IMG/VR virus record: IMGVR_UViG_3300027861_000020
DNA: 64,000 nucleotides
Origin: a virus
Strand: one strand, 5' to 3'
Position 1 is the stretch's first letter; every line of letters begins with the position of its first letter. The position numbers and the translations under genes were made by a program. Shown here in pieces: positions 9,049 to 18,259 of the stretch. The notes below the pieces were generated by a model. That model did not search any database, was not told where the DNA came from, and was given only the letters and a program-made list of their open reading frames with translations.

Positions 9049-9522
9049 ATGTGGATATATTACTATGCAACTCACGGACCAGGGCATCAATCAACGACAG
9101 CAGATTTTATGGAATTTTCAGATGATTATACAAGAGAAGGTATAAAAGATTATCTGTTCGATTATACTCTATCTGATCTATATAATATCTCTCTTAGATT
9201 CTGGAAAGTAGAAAGACCATCCAAGACTTTTCTTGATGATAAGATAAAATATATAAGAGAAGACATAGATAGACTTACAAAGCGACTTGAAACTCTAGAA
9301 CAACAAGGTGGCTTTCGTAAAATACAAACAGAAGATGCCGATGAAGATATAAAAAATGCATTAAAGAAAAGGCATAATGAGGATATCTTGTATTTGTTGC
9401 ATAAAGAAGGTTTTATGTACTCCCATGAAGATATCAAGAATTGGTATTGGGGAAAGAAAAGTCCTTCCAAAGACGATAGAAAAGAAGTATTAAAAATCAT
9501 AAAAAAAGTTAAATCTTACTAG
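9049..9522 (+). CDS. hypothetical protein
   Basis: 157 aa; cassette at 8980, SD AAAGGGAATAACAAAATG. Confidence 0.6.
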   Translation: MWIYYYATHGPGHQSTTADFMEFSDDYTREGIKDYLFDYTLSDLYNISLRFWKVERPSKTFLDDKIKYIREDIDRLTKRLETLEQQGGFRKIQTEDADEDIKNALKKRHNEDILYLLHKEGFMYSHEDIKNWYWGKKSPSKDDRKEVLKIIKKVKSY

Positions 9523-9534
9523 AAAGGATATAAG

Positions 9535-9954
9535 ATGTGTACATTTAGACATGACCAAAATATTAAGTTACCAGAAGAAAAAAAAGTAATTGCTTACAAG
9601 GTATTCAGCGAATACTTTGACGATCCTACACCTTTTTCTGATATTAACAAAAATACCCCTTTTAAATTTGGAAAAAATATATGGGATGAAAAAACAGGAA
9701 AAGGATTACATGATGATCAAGAAGGATTTCAAGTATTTGTCACAAAAGAACATGCTATTAAATGGATAACACAAGATGGGAAATGTGAAAATATTAGACA
9801 TATATTCCCTCTTTGCCCTGTGACCATATATACTAAAGATATAGTAAAAGTTACTGATGATTTTAATGATGCTTGGCTTGGACCTTATGAAGCTTATGAA
9901 GTAAAAAGCTTCTCTATCTATAAAAAAGACTGGAAAAATAGGCTTAAAAATTAA
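9535..9954 (+). CDS. MC-family protein, paralog 3
   Basis: 139 aa, MCTF..AYKVF..EGFQVF; SD AAAGGATATAAGATG. Confidence 0.7.
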   Translation: MCTFRHDQNIKLPEEKKVIAYKVFSEYFDDPTPFSDINKNTPFKFGKNIWDEKTGKGLHDDQEGFQVFVTKEHAIKWITQDGKCENIRHIFPLCPVTIYTKDIVKVTDDFNDAWLGPYEAYEVKSFSIYKKDWKNRLKN

Positions 9955-10020
9955 TTTTCCAGCAAAATAAAAGTTAATTAGGATAATAGTATAAAATGCC
10001 CATCATGTAAAAATGGAATA

Positions 10021-10197
10021 ATGAAAGAAGTAGTGATAGAAGACTACCAAGCAAGATTAAAAGGAATTACTTTTCCTGTAAAAAATGCAGAGTATAGAGA
10101 ATGCGATACTTGCGGAGAGAAATCTTATCATTGTAAAGAAATTAGAAGATGGGAACAACTATTAAAAAAATACCTAAAGGATAAAAATGAAAAATGA
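10021..10197 (+). CDS. zinc-ribbon protein; start uncertain (frame open from 9982 without ATG)
   Basis: frame encodes KCPSCKNG...CDTCGEK; first in-frame ATG at 10021 removes the first CxxC. Confidence 0.35.
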   Translation: MKEVVIEDYQARLKGITFPVKNAEYRECDTCGEKSYHCKEIRRWEQLLKKYLKDKNEK

Positions 10198-10417
10198 TAA
10201 AAAAAGAATCACCGAAATAAAAAAAGAGATATTTGAACTTGAATACGAACAAGAACAAATATTAGATAAACATCTTGGAAAAAACGAGGGACAATGGCAT
10301 AGAGTAGGAGAATGGGAATGCGAAAACTCTCCTGTAGGATTTTGCGTATATAACCCCTTTAAAGATAGAGCATTGGATAATTGTATCTTTTGCCACGAAC
10401 CACACGAAAGGAAGTAA
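10187..10417 (+). CDS. Cys/His-rich small protein
   Basis: 76 aa ORF, SD AAAGGATAAAAATG. Confidence 0.55.
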   Translation: MKNDKKRITEIKKEIFELEYEQEQILDKHLGKNEGQWHRVGEWECENSPVGFCVYNPFKDRALDNCIFCHEPHERK

Positions 10418-10418
10418 T

Positions 10419-10613
10419 ATGATAGCTTATAGTATATTTTGGATAATTTGGGGTTTTTGTTTTGGAATCTTTGAAATAACCTGTATAATGAATGGGCGTA
10501 ATTTGCCTTTACATATATCCGCACTTATTATTCATTGCATATGTCTTACAGGATGGAGTATTGCATTGAAAGGTCGCATTAAAAAGGGGAAAAATGACCA
10601 ATTTACCAGATGA
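10419..10613 (+). CDS. small membrane protein
   Basis: 64 aa, 2 TM, SD AAAGGAAGTAATATG. Confidence 0.5.
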   Translation: MIAYSIFWIIWGFCFGIFEITCIMNGRNLPLHISALIIHCICLTGWSIALKGRIKKGKNDQFTR

Positions 10614-10923
10614 AGAACTTGAAAAAACATTAACAGCTATGCAAATAGAAGATCTTGCAAAAGACTTTCTTAAAGAAGGAATGACCTTTGAAGACTTTAA
10701 AAAGTATATAAAAGAATCTCTAGATGGAGAAAAATGCTCTTATAATTTTCCAAATATAGAAAATGGAAATACCCACTCAGATGTTTCTCTTGCTAATGAA
10801 CTTATAAAAGAAATAAGAGAATGTAAGGGAGAAAAACATTTTAATAAACATCTAGAATTTCTAATAAAGACAGGTCTTAAACTATATAAAAAATACTATG
10901 ATAATCTACCCGATGAATTCTAA
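10594..10923 (+). CDS. hypothetical protein
   Basis: 109 aa ORF, SD AAAAAGGGGAAAAATG. Confidence 0.6.
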   Translation: MTNLPDEELEKTLTAMQIEDLAKDFLKEGMTFEDFKKYIKESLDGEKCSYNFPNIENGNTHSDVSLANELIKEIRECKGEKHFNKHLEFLIKTGLKLYKKYYDNLPDEF

Positions 10924-10974
10924 TTTTCCAGCAATATAATTCTTAATTATAATATAAATGAAAGGATAAAAATT
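10924..10974 (+). promoter_or_regulatory. short-form cassette
   Basis: TTTTCCAGCAATATAATTC...AAAGGATAAAAATT. Confidence 0.55.
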
Positions 10975-11367
10975 ATGTGTACTTTAAGAAATTCTAAAAA
11001 TGTCAAAATGCCCAAAACTAAGACTTTTACTGCTTATAAAGTCTTTAATAGAGAATATAGATCTATCCCCCACTGTTTTATGGGAACAACCAGTTTTAAG
11101 ATTGGGACTAACATATGGAATGTAAAAGAGGGGAGAGGGGAAAGGGGGGATCAAGATGGTTTTCAGGTCTTTGTGAATAAAAAAGATGCTAAAAGATATG
11201 CTTTCCAAGGGGATTTCTTATGCCCTGTTAAAATAGAGACAAAAAATGTCGTAAAAGCAGGACTTGCAGAAAATGGAGATCAAGCTTATGAAGTAAAAAA
11301 GTTTGTTTTAAGTAAAAAAACTTGGGAGAATAAAAAACAATCAAAAAAGGATAACTATGACTATTAA
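10975..11367 (+). CDS. MC-family protein, paralog 4
   Basis: 130 aa, MCTL..AYKVF..DGFQVF; cassette at 10924. Confidence 0.7.
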   Translation: MCTLRNSKNVKMPKTKTFTAYKVFNREYRSIPHCFMGTTSFKIGTNIWNVKEGRGERGDQDGFQVFVNKKDAKRYAFQGDFLCPVKIETKNVVKAGLAENGDQAYEVKKFVLSKKTWENKKQSKKDNYDY

Positions 11368-11557
11368 AAATATAATAAGACTAATACTATGGATATGCCT
11401 TTTACCAATTATTGTACCATTTATTCTGTTTATGCTTTCTATCCTAATAATTACAGATTCAATAGCTACAGTATTTAATTTTATGGTAGATAACGAGGAA
11501 ATTCCATTTAAACTAACTAGAGAATTATTTAAAGACCTAAAAAATACTAAAGGATAA
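11357..11557 (+). CDS. small hydrophobic membrane protein
   Basis: 66 aa; IIRLILWICLLPIIVPFILF, paralog of 14574 and 130 ORFs. Confidence 0.5.
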   Translation: MTIKNIIRLILWICLLPIIVPFILFMLSILIITDSIATVFNFMVDNEEIPFKLTRELFKDLKNTKG

Positions 11558-11559
11558 TT

Positions 11560-11727
11560 ATGACTACAAGAGAAATTAAAAATCAGACAGATGAAATATA
11601 TAATCATCTATACTCTAAAATAACAGTAACAAGCAATGATTATAGAGTAGAATGTATCAAAGCAACTGCCGAAATTATGAAAGCATTAATTATAGCGAAT
11701 ACAATAGAAAAAATCAAAGGAATATAA
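11560..11727 (+). CDS. small hypothetical protein (55 aa)
   Basis: SD AAAGGATAATTATG, ends TAA fused to TTTTCGCGAAAAA motif. Confidence 0.45.
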   Translation: MTTREIKNQTDEIYNHLYSKITVTSNDYRVECIKATAEIMKALIIANTIEKIKGI

Positions 11728-11751
11728 TTTTCGCGAAAAAATAAGGAATAA

Positions 11752-11934
11752 ATGGATAACCCACTAAGATACAAAACAATAACAACCGAAAAATGCGAAA
11801 AAACTCATAGAAAAAAAATTGATGAAGCTAAATTAGATACTACTATACAAATAGAAGAAATAAGAACTCTATATGATGTAGTAGATAATGGAATAGTATG
11901 GAAAAGTAGAATACTATATAGAATAAAGGATTAA
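11752..11934 (+). CDS. hypothetical protein
   Basis: 60 aa ORF, SD AAGGAATAAATG. Confidence 0.5.
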   Translation: MDNPLRYKTITTEKCEKTHRKKIDEAKLDTTIQIEEIRTLYDVVDNGIVWKSRILYRIKD

Positions 11935-11935
11935 T

Positions 11936-12358
11936 ATGTGCTTAAACACCAAATACGGCCTTAATAGAAAAAGAAAATTTATAGATGAAATACCAGAAGA
12001 AGGTATTAAAGTATATAAAGTAGTGAACAAATTGGGGAATGGGACTTATAGATCAATATTTCATTGTTCAGATTATCACGATGGACTTAATATCGCATAT
12101 AAAGAGGTGATAACAACTGATAGTTACTGGGGAATACCTAAAGAATATCTGTCAGGTTTCCATTTCTTCAAATCTAAAAGAACTGCTAACAAATATATCA
12201 GTTTCGCAAGTGGGAGATTAACATTTGGAATAGCAGTTGTTGTAGAAGCTATCGTTAAAAAAGGATGGGTTAATGAAGTCGGAGAAGATGGGCAACACTA
12301 CAAAAGTAGAAACCTAACAGTAGTAGCTAGTAAAGCAATTTTCAATCTAAAAGGCTAA
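11936..12358 (+). CDS. MC-family protein, paralog 5 (divergent)
   Basis: 140 aa, MCLN..VYKVV..SGFHFF. Confidence 0.65.
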   Translation: MCLNTKYGLNRKRKFIDEIPEEGIKVYKVVNKLGNGTYRSIFHCSDYHDGLNIAYKEVITTDSYWGIPKEYLSGFHFFKSKRTANKYISFASGRLTFGIAVVVEAIVKKGWVNEVGEDGQHYKSRNLTVVASKAIFNLKG

Positions 12359-12360
12359 TT

Positions 12361-12696
12361 ATGAAAAAACCAAACAATATAACTGATATAGTAGAAAAAA
12401 ATAAACTAGAAATAATAGAAGCATTAAAACCTATTATTGATAACTATCTAGAACGATATGCGGTAGAATTATCAGAGGAAGAAGAAGTGCATCTAAATCT
12501 AAATAATGCTATTTCATGTAATTTTAATATGTCAGATGAAAATCAAATATTTTATATCTACTCCAGAATGAGAACTAGTAAAATGGATATAGCAAATAGA
12601 TTAGCTGAAATATATGCTAAAAATGGTTGGACAACATCAACAAGAAATAAAGATAAATTAAACGAACCTTCTATAGTATTTTCTATTAAAACATAA
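12361..12696 (+). CDS. hypothetical protein
   Basis: 111 aa ORF 2 nt after previous stop. Confidence 0.6.
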   Translation: MKKPNNITDIVEKNKLEIIEALKPIIDNYLERYAVELSEEEEVHLNLNNAISCNFNMSDENQIFYIYSRMRTSKMDIANRLAEIYAKNGWTTSTRNKDKLNEPSIVFSIKT

Positions 12697-12784
12697 TTTT
12701 CCAGCAAATTAATCTTAATTTAGAAAGATAATATAATTGTAAATGCGTTTGAAATAATTAGCCGAAAAGCTTAGAAAGATTGAC

Positions 12785-13171
12785 ATGGATAAAAAAGATA
12801 TCAAAGAACTATATAAATCATGGGAAAATTGCCTAAAAATGTGGAAATGGGTAGCGGAAAATTACGAAAGAGGTATGAAGATTGAAGATATCCATGTACT
12901 TAAAAGACGATGGATAAATAAAAATCATACAGGAAAAAAACCAAAATTCGACTGTTTCTTCTGCGAATATGCTGATAATAAATTTGGGATGCTTATAAAT
13001 CATCCCAAAAAATTCAATGAGAGATATTGTCCTAAATGCCCCGGATATCTAGTATCAAAAGGGTTTAGTTGCGAAGATTACAAATCCTATTCATGGCACA
13101 TTAAACCAAAACAATTCTATAAAAAATTACTTAAACTACATAAAAAATACCAAGAATCTAAAACTAATTAA
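12785..13171 (+). CDS. Cys-rich zinc-finger-like protein
   Basis: 128 aa; CFFC...CPKCPGY...SCEDY. Confidence 0.6.
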   Translation: MDKKDIKELYKSWENCLKMWKWVAENYERGMKIEDIHVLKRRWINKNHTGKKPKFDCFFCEYADNKFGMLINHPKKFNERYCPKCPGYLVSKGFSCEDYKSYSWHIKPKQFYKKLLKLHKKYQESKTN

Positions 13172-13182
13172 TTTTTGAGGGA

Positions 13183-13584
13183 ATGATAATGAAACATAAT
13201 ACCTGTCAAGAACATAAAACTTCTGAACAAATTGAAGCAGAAGATCATCGCTCAATAGAAGAAAAAAGACTATTCTTCAAAATAGGAAATAAAATCAAAG
13301 CAAATGATGAATATAGAAGAATTATATCGAAAGAACCAGAATTTGAAGGCGGAATTATTATAGAATTTAAAGACCCATATGATTTTGATGAAAAAACAGC
13401 TAATTCAATAGCTAATGTAGAAATGCCTTGCGGTTGTACACATGTAATTAATACAGGATGGCTTGTTAAATTCTCAACTAATAACTGCAGCCAAGAAAAA
13501 CTCGACAGTCATAAATACATCCTAGAAAAACTAGACAGTGCAGACAAGCATCTTGAAAACGTAGAAAAGATAATAAGGAGTTGA
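13183..13584 (+). CDS. hypothetical protein
   Basis: 133 aa ORF, SD GAGGGAATGATAATG. Confidence 0.6.
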   Translation: MIMKHNTCQEHKTSEQIEAEDHRSIEEKRLFFKIGNKIKANDEYRRIISKEPEFEGGIIIEFKDPYDFDEKTANSIANVEMPCGCTHVINTGWLVKFSTNNCSQEKLDSHKYILEKLDSADKHLENVEKIIRS

Positions 13585-13585
13585 A

Positions 13586-13714
13586 ATGAATGTATTTGAA
13601 CTAATAGGAGCGTCTTTTGCTATATTTATAGGAGTTATAGTGTTAATTAATATAGTATTAATAGTTTCGGCAATTATATATGATAAATTAGGATATAAAG
13701 GGGAAAAACCATGA
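13586..13714 (+). CDS. small membrane peptide (42 aa)
   Basis: SD AAGGAGTTGAAATG; ATGA overlap with next. Confidence 0.35.
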   Translation: MNVFELIGASFAIFIGVIVLINIVLIVSAIIYDKLGYKGEKP

Positions 13715-14040
13715 TATCAGTAGAAAAAGCAAAAGAATCAGTAAAAGGAAGAATTATAAATGTAGCAGTTGTGATGAACTCTCACATAGATCAAGCATTA
13801 CAAGATAACATAACAAATCTAAACGATGGACTCCACCTAACTGTTTTTATAAGATCAATATTGGACAAAGAACTATCCGAGAACGGTAATACCTTTTCAA
13901 GACAAAATGAAAAAGAAATAGCAGAAGAAATAAAAAGAGAATACGAAAAAGGAGGATGGGAAATAAAACTCGCAGAAGTTAATCAGGAATTTAAGGGAGA
14001 AGGGATAGAATATTCTCTTATATTCTCACTACCAAAATAA
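13711..14040 (+). CDS. hypothetical protein
   Basis: 109 aa ORF, SD AAAGGGGAAAAACCATG. Confidence 0.6.
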   Translation: MISVEKAKESVKGRIINVAVVMNSHIDQALQDNITNLNDGLHLTVFIRSILDKELSENGNTFSRQNEKEIAEEIKREYEKGGWEIKLAEVNQEFKGEGIEYSLIFSLPK

Positions 14041-14209
14041 TTAATTTTCCAGCAATATAACTATTATTATCTTTATAATTGTTAATATTGTTCAATAAGG
14101 AATAAAAAATAAAGGCAACAGATCCTATTGGATATGACTTCGAAGATTATCCTTTCTGGATCAAAAAAATAGATATACTAGAAAATATTTAAAAAGAAAG
14201 AAATATGAT

Positions 14210-14572
14210 ATGAAAGCGTATAAAATTACAGTTAATGTCAAATTCGATGGTTGCGAGTATATAGTATCAAAAATCGGCTCACCTAAAATAGATAAAAGGA
14301 ATTGGGATATATGTCACCTTTGTAGAGAAACATATGAAGAAGTAATAGGAAAAGAAGTAGTAGGAGAAGTTACATTTATACTACGAAAAATCAAAGGAAA
14401 AGCAACAGATTATATTAATCCATTCCGTTTTTCAACAAATTCATTGCAAATACATGACGGAGAAGAATGGGATTATGCTAAAACTAGAGAAATATTATCA
14501 TTAGCTATAGATATGAAGAAACTAAGTAAATGGGCTAAAAAAGAAATGTTCTCTATAGAAACGGAATATTAA
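14210..14572 (+). CDS. hypothetical protein, family E paralog 1
   Basis: 120 aa; EVVGEVTFILRKIKGKATDY..PFRF...MFSIETEY closely parallels 29148 product. Confidence 0.65.
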   Translation: MKAYKITVNVKFDGCEYIVSKIGSPKIDKRNWDICHLCRETYEEVIGKEVVGEVTFILRKIKGKATDYINPFRFSTNSLQIHDGEEWDYAKTREILSLAIDMKKLSKWAKKEMFSIETEY

Positions 14573-14573
14573 T

Positions 14574-14783
14574 ATGAATATAATAAGAATAATAGTATGG
14601 ATAATGTTACTGCCAATAGCAATACCATTATTGATATTTGCCTTATCTTTCGCAGCGATAATAGATATAATGATATTATCTATGCAATTCTTATTTAAAG
14701 ACTGCTATGGACAACCACCATTCTTCTTTACAGTAGAAATAATAGAAAGTATAAGTGATTTCGTAACAGATCTATTTAATTAA
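14574..14783 (+). CDS. small hydrophobic membrane protein
   Basis: 69 aa; IIRIIVWIMLLPIAIPLLIF. Confidence 0.5.
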   Translation: MNIIRIIVWIMLLPIAIPLLIFALSFAAIIDIMILSMQFLFKDCYGQPPFFFTVEIIESISDFVTDLFN

Positions 14784-14805
14784 TTTTTTCGAGAAAATAA
14801 TTAAT

Positions 14806-14961
14806 ATGACATGTAAAAACAACTCAATGTATAATAAAGAAGAATGTTTCTGCGATAAATGTAATAAACAAAGAAACAATGATAACTTTATAGATGATTT
14901 ATCCCTATTATTCTATGGAATTATAATAATAACAATGGCTGTAATAGCTATTATAATCTAA
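14806..14961 (+). CDS. small Cys-rich membrane-anchored peptide (51 aa)
   Basis: preceded by TTTTTTCGAGAAAATAATTAAT; CFCDKC then TM. Confidence 0.4.
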   Translation: MTCKNNSMYNKEECFCDKCNKQRNNDNFIDDLSLLFYGIIIITMAVIAIII

Positions 14962-14977
14962 AAAGAAAGATAATATA

Positions 14978-15106
14978 ATGAAACAGATAACAACATATTG
15001 GTGGATATTCTGTGCATCAGCACTAGCATGGATAGGAAATCCAGAAGAAGGAATAATAATGGCAATAGGAGCAGTAGCTCTTGCAATTAATAATATAAAA
15101 GAATAA
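14978..15106 (+). CDS. small membrane peptide (42 aa)
   Basis: SD AAAGAAAGATAATATAATG. Confidence 0.4.
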   Translation: MKQITTYWWIFCASALAWIGNPEEGIIMAIGAVALAINNIKE

Positions 15107-15108
15107 TA

Positions 15109-15237
15109 ATGGGCTTTAAAAATGTTAAAAGATATGGACAATATTCTCCTTATAACTACTATGCTAAGACTAAATCAACTAAAAAAGAAAAATCCAGCAT
15201 TATAAAAAGATTTATGAGTATATTTAAGAAAGGGTAA
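15109..15237 (+). CDS. small basic peptide (42 aa)
   Basis: TAATAATG coupling; no strong SD. Confidence 0.35.
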   Translation: MGFKNVKRYGQYSPYNYYAKTKSTKKEKSSIIKRFMSIFKKG

Positions 15238-15238
15238 T

Positions 15239-15430
15239 ATGATAGGAACTATAATATGGATTAATGAAGAAAAAGAATTTGGATTTATAACTCCAGTATC
15301 AAATAATAATGATATTTTCTTCCAAAAATCAGGAATTATAGATTGTCAACTAAAAAAAGGACAAAAAGTAAATTTTGAAATTAGCAAAAATAAAGCTATT
15401 AATATAAGGAATAATGATGGAAAAAACTAA
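15239..15430 (+). CDS. cold-shock-domain (CspA-like) nucleic-acid-binding protein
   Basis: 63 aa; GTIIWINEEKEFGFITP...DIFF......KGQKVNFEI matches CSD RNP motifs (KGFGFI, VFVHF). Confidence 0.7.
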   Translation: MIGTIIWINEEKEFGFITPVSNNNDIFFQKSGIIDCQLKKGQKVNFEISKNKAINIRNNDGKN

Positions 15431-15644
15431 TAAATATATATATGTAGTACAATATACAGCAGATAATATAGTTCATAAAACAGCTTTCACTTCTGTTGAT
15501 AATATAATAGAAATGGCTGAAAAAAACTGGAAAGGATATTATACCAAAATTATCCTTAATTCAGGAAAAGAAGGAGCTATTGTAGGAAAAATGGACAATA
15601 GAGAAATGACACTGGGAATTATATATAAATTAAATATTATTTAA
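15414..15644 (+). CDS. hypothetical protein
   Basis: 76 aa ORF overlapping previous by 17 nt. Confidence 0.55.
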   Translation: MMEKTNKYIYVVQYTADNIVHKTAFTSVDNIIEMAEKNWKGYYTKIILNSGKEGAIVGKMDNREMTLGIIYKLNII

Positions 15645-15760
15645 TTTTTTCGCGAAAATAATTAAAACTCTTAAAATGTATATGTAGAAAAGAGAAAGGA
15701 CAATAAATAATGAATAGAGGACCACAAGGAACAAATCCAGATACAAAATGGGTGAGAAGA

Positions 15761-15922
15761 TGAAAGCACTAATAATAGAAGAAAAAGATATAAAAGTACT
15801 AGAAGAAAGATTAGAACTACAAAAACTTAAAATAAAAGAACAGGGACAAACTCCTTTAGAGCAAATACATAGACAGTTTAATTATATAATAAAAACATGG
15901 TTCGAAGAACAAGGAAGATAAA
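15761..15922 (+). CDS. small hypothetical protein (53 aa)
   Basis: follows TTTTTTCGCGAAAA motif and a 17-aa leader ORF MNRGPQG... Confidence 0.45.
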
Positions 15923-15925
15923 ATA

Positions 15926-16162
15926 ATGAAACAATTAACAGAAAAAGAGGCAATAGAATTTGCCAATAGTAAAAAATGGAAATCAATGACTTATCTAGAA
16001 AAAGCTTCTTTTCAAATAAATCAAGAATGTTTATGTATGCCTTTTGGAGTCTTTCAGGAAGCAGTAGAAAAAACACTTGATAGATCTGTATGGACTCATG
16101 AATTAGGAAACAAAGATAGTGTCGAGCTAATGAAAAAACAAATTGCTGAAATTAAAAATTAA
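15926..16162 (+). CDS. hypothetical protein
   Basis: 78 aa ORF, SD AAGGAAGATAAAATAATG. Confidence 0.6.
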   Translation: MKQLTEKEAIEFANSKKWKSMTYLEKASFQINQECLCMPFGVFQEAVEKTLDRSVWTHELGNKDSVELMKKQIAEIKN

Positions 16163-16540
16163 TTAATTTTTCGCGGAAAAAATGAAAACTCTTAAAATAA
16201 ATAGAGAGAAAGAAGATAATAATGAATAGAGGACCAACAGGATCACAAATAGATATAACCATAAAAAAACCTAGATATTAAGAATTATCTAATTATATAT
16301 AAGAAAGATAATAAAATGAAATATAAATGGATGAATCTGTTTAAACAGGATAATAGTAAATGGACTAATATTAAAGACAATTATTATACGTAACACCAAA
16401 TCAACTTACATTTTTAATCATAACACTAAATTCTTTATCATACTAACCAAATGATAATGACGTAGAATTTAGTTTATATAAATAGCCCATTAAAGAATTT
16501 TAAAGAGTATTTGCCCTTTTTAATACACTAAATGGGCTTT

Positions 16541-16600
16541 TTGTTATTCTAACAAGCTTTTTGTTATTCTAACAAGCTTTTTGTTATTCTAACAAGCTTT
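16541..16600. repeat. 3 x 20-bp perfect tandem direct repeat
   Basis: TTGTTATTCTAACAAGCTTT x3, inside 780-bp gene-poor region. Confidence 0.85.
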
Positions 16601-16949
16601 TTAAAATTATACAACACCAAATTAAAGAACCAGTATTTAAAGGGTTTTTAGGGACTATCGATGGATCTTTATACATAAGACATCTTTTGTCCTCAAATAT
16701 TTTTAAATAATCCATTTTCTCCCACTTTACACCACTTTCTGCCCTTTTCTTAAAAACAGGTTAAATTCTATGAATTAATTAATGTTTTATTAAATAGGGC
16801 AAATAATAAAATCGGTCTTTTTAGTCTAAAAATGAATTAAAAGTCACTTTGTCACGGGGCGAAAAGAGTTTAATTTTCCAGCAATATATAATTAAATAGC
16901 TGTATCACTGAATCGACTATAACACTAAATAACAGAAAGGAATTTAAAA

Positions 16950-17444
16950 ATGAATGAGATTATTTTAACATTAGGGATTATTGGCTTTATATTTATCTGG
17001 TTTTATTATGGATATAAAGGGGCTAATTTAGAGAAAGACAGCACTAAATACCTTTATTCTCTTGTATTACAAGAAAATGCTTGGAAGAAATCAGATCAAG
17101 TATTTTATTATTTTTGTATTATTTCAGGCTTAATATCTTATTTTTGTATTAGGTTATTGGGGGATGTAGATATATTAAAAGTCTATCTTGATAAGAAGTT
17201 TTATATAGGTATTGCTAAAGAATATGCAGATATGGCATCAAAATATAATGATAATAGTTATCTTAAGATCTCTAAAAGATATTTAGAAAGGATTGAGAAA
17301 TTTGAGCAAGAGATTGAGGCTCCTTATATGAAGAAATACAAGATAGATCCTTGTTCTTATTGTTCAAAAATTAAAGAATGTTGTTTCGAACATTATGACT
17401 TTAAGTTATGCAATGAGTTTAGGCATATTAGGGCACTGTATTAG
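16950..17444 (+). CDS. membrane protein with Cys-rich C-terminus, family F paralog 1
   Basis: 164 aa; cassette at 16874; tail IEAPYMKKYKIDPCSYC..C..HYDFKLC. Confidence 0.65.
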   Translation: MNEIILTLGIIGFIFIWFYYGYKGANLEKDSTKYLYSLVLQENAWKKSDQVFYYFCIISGLISYFCIRLLGDVDILKVYLDKKFYIGIAKEYADMASKYNDNSYLKISKRYLERIEKFEQEIEAPYMKKYKIDPCSYCSKIKECCFEHYDFKLCNEFRHIRALY

Positions 17445-17737
17445 ATTCTAGAGGTATTCAGTCTTAAAAGGCAAGATTTATCGATAAGAAGTAGTTTTTA
17501 TACTGATGGGCTAGCTGTGTTTTAGTATAGACGAATAATCTTTAATAGAGTATTCATCTGATGTTTTTCCTAGAATTAAAATTTCGTTATAGAATTTCCA
17601 TTCTATGAAAGATAGGTAATATCTTTTATTAATTTTCCAGCAAAAATAAATAAAAAAATAGGATATTTAGGAAAGTAAGTTAAAATTAATTATAGTAATT
17701 AGAGTTAAAACGTCTTAAAATAGGAAAGGAAGTAAAG

Positions 17738-18178
17738 ATGGTTTCATTTTTAATAACATTGGGTATCTTGGTAGTTTGGGGAATTTTTGGTCGTTTGGCT
17801 CATACTAGAGAGAGAGATTATTGTTTGTGGAAGTTTTATTTGTCTCTTGGTCCTTATTCTGCATGGGAAGAGGATAAATATATGTTAATTTTTATTCTGT
17901 ATATTCTTGGTCCAATGGGTTTTTTAATGGTGTATTCTTTAAATAGGACTAGTCCAGAAAAGATATTTGATATTTTAAACACTAAGAGTTTTACTAGTTA
18001 TGATTTAAAGTTTTATGAAGAGCATATTGAGAGACCTTATTATAAGAAATATAAGATAAATCCTTGTGATTATTGTGGTAAAAAGGATTGTAGAATAGAT
18101 GTTTATGATTTTTATGCTCCTTGTAAGATATTTGAAGAGGATCAGACAAGTCCTGTAGTAGGAAAAAGAAGATTTTAA
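17738..18178 (+). CDS. membrane protein with Cys-rich C-terminus, family F paralog 2
   Basis: 146 aa; tail ERPYYKKYKINPCDYCGKKDC..VYDFYAPC. Confidence 0.65.
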   Translation: MVSFLITLGILVVWGIFGRLAHTRERDYCLWKFYLSLGPYSAWEEDKYMLIFILYILGPMGFLMVYSLNRTSPEKIFDILNTKSFTSYDLKFYEEHIERPYYKKYKINPCDYCGKKDCRIDVYDFYAPCKIFEEDQTSPVVGKRRF

Positions 18179-18259
18179 TAATTATTAATTAATAATTATT
18201 AATTCAGTTATTAAATAAGTTAATCCTTTATTATAATTGATAAATTTTTAAGAAATGAT

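Noticed and set aside
16541-16600. Possible CRISPR array
   Set aside because: Only three directly abutting 20-bp repeats with no spacers. This is a simple tandem repeat.
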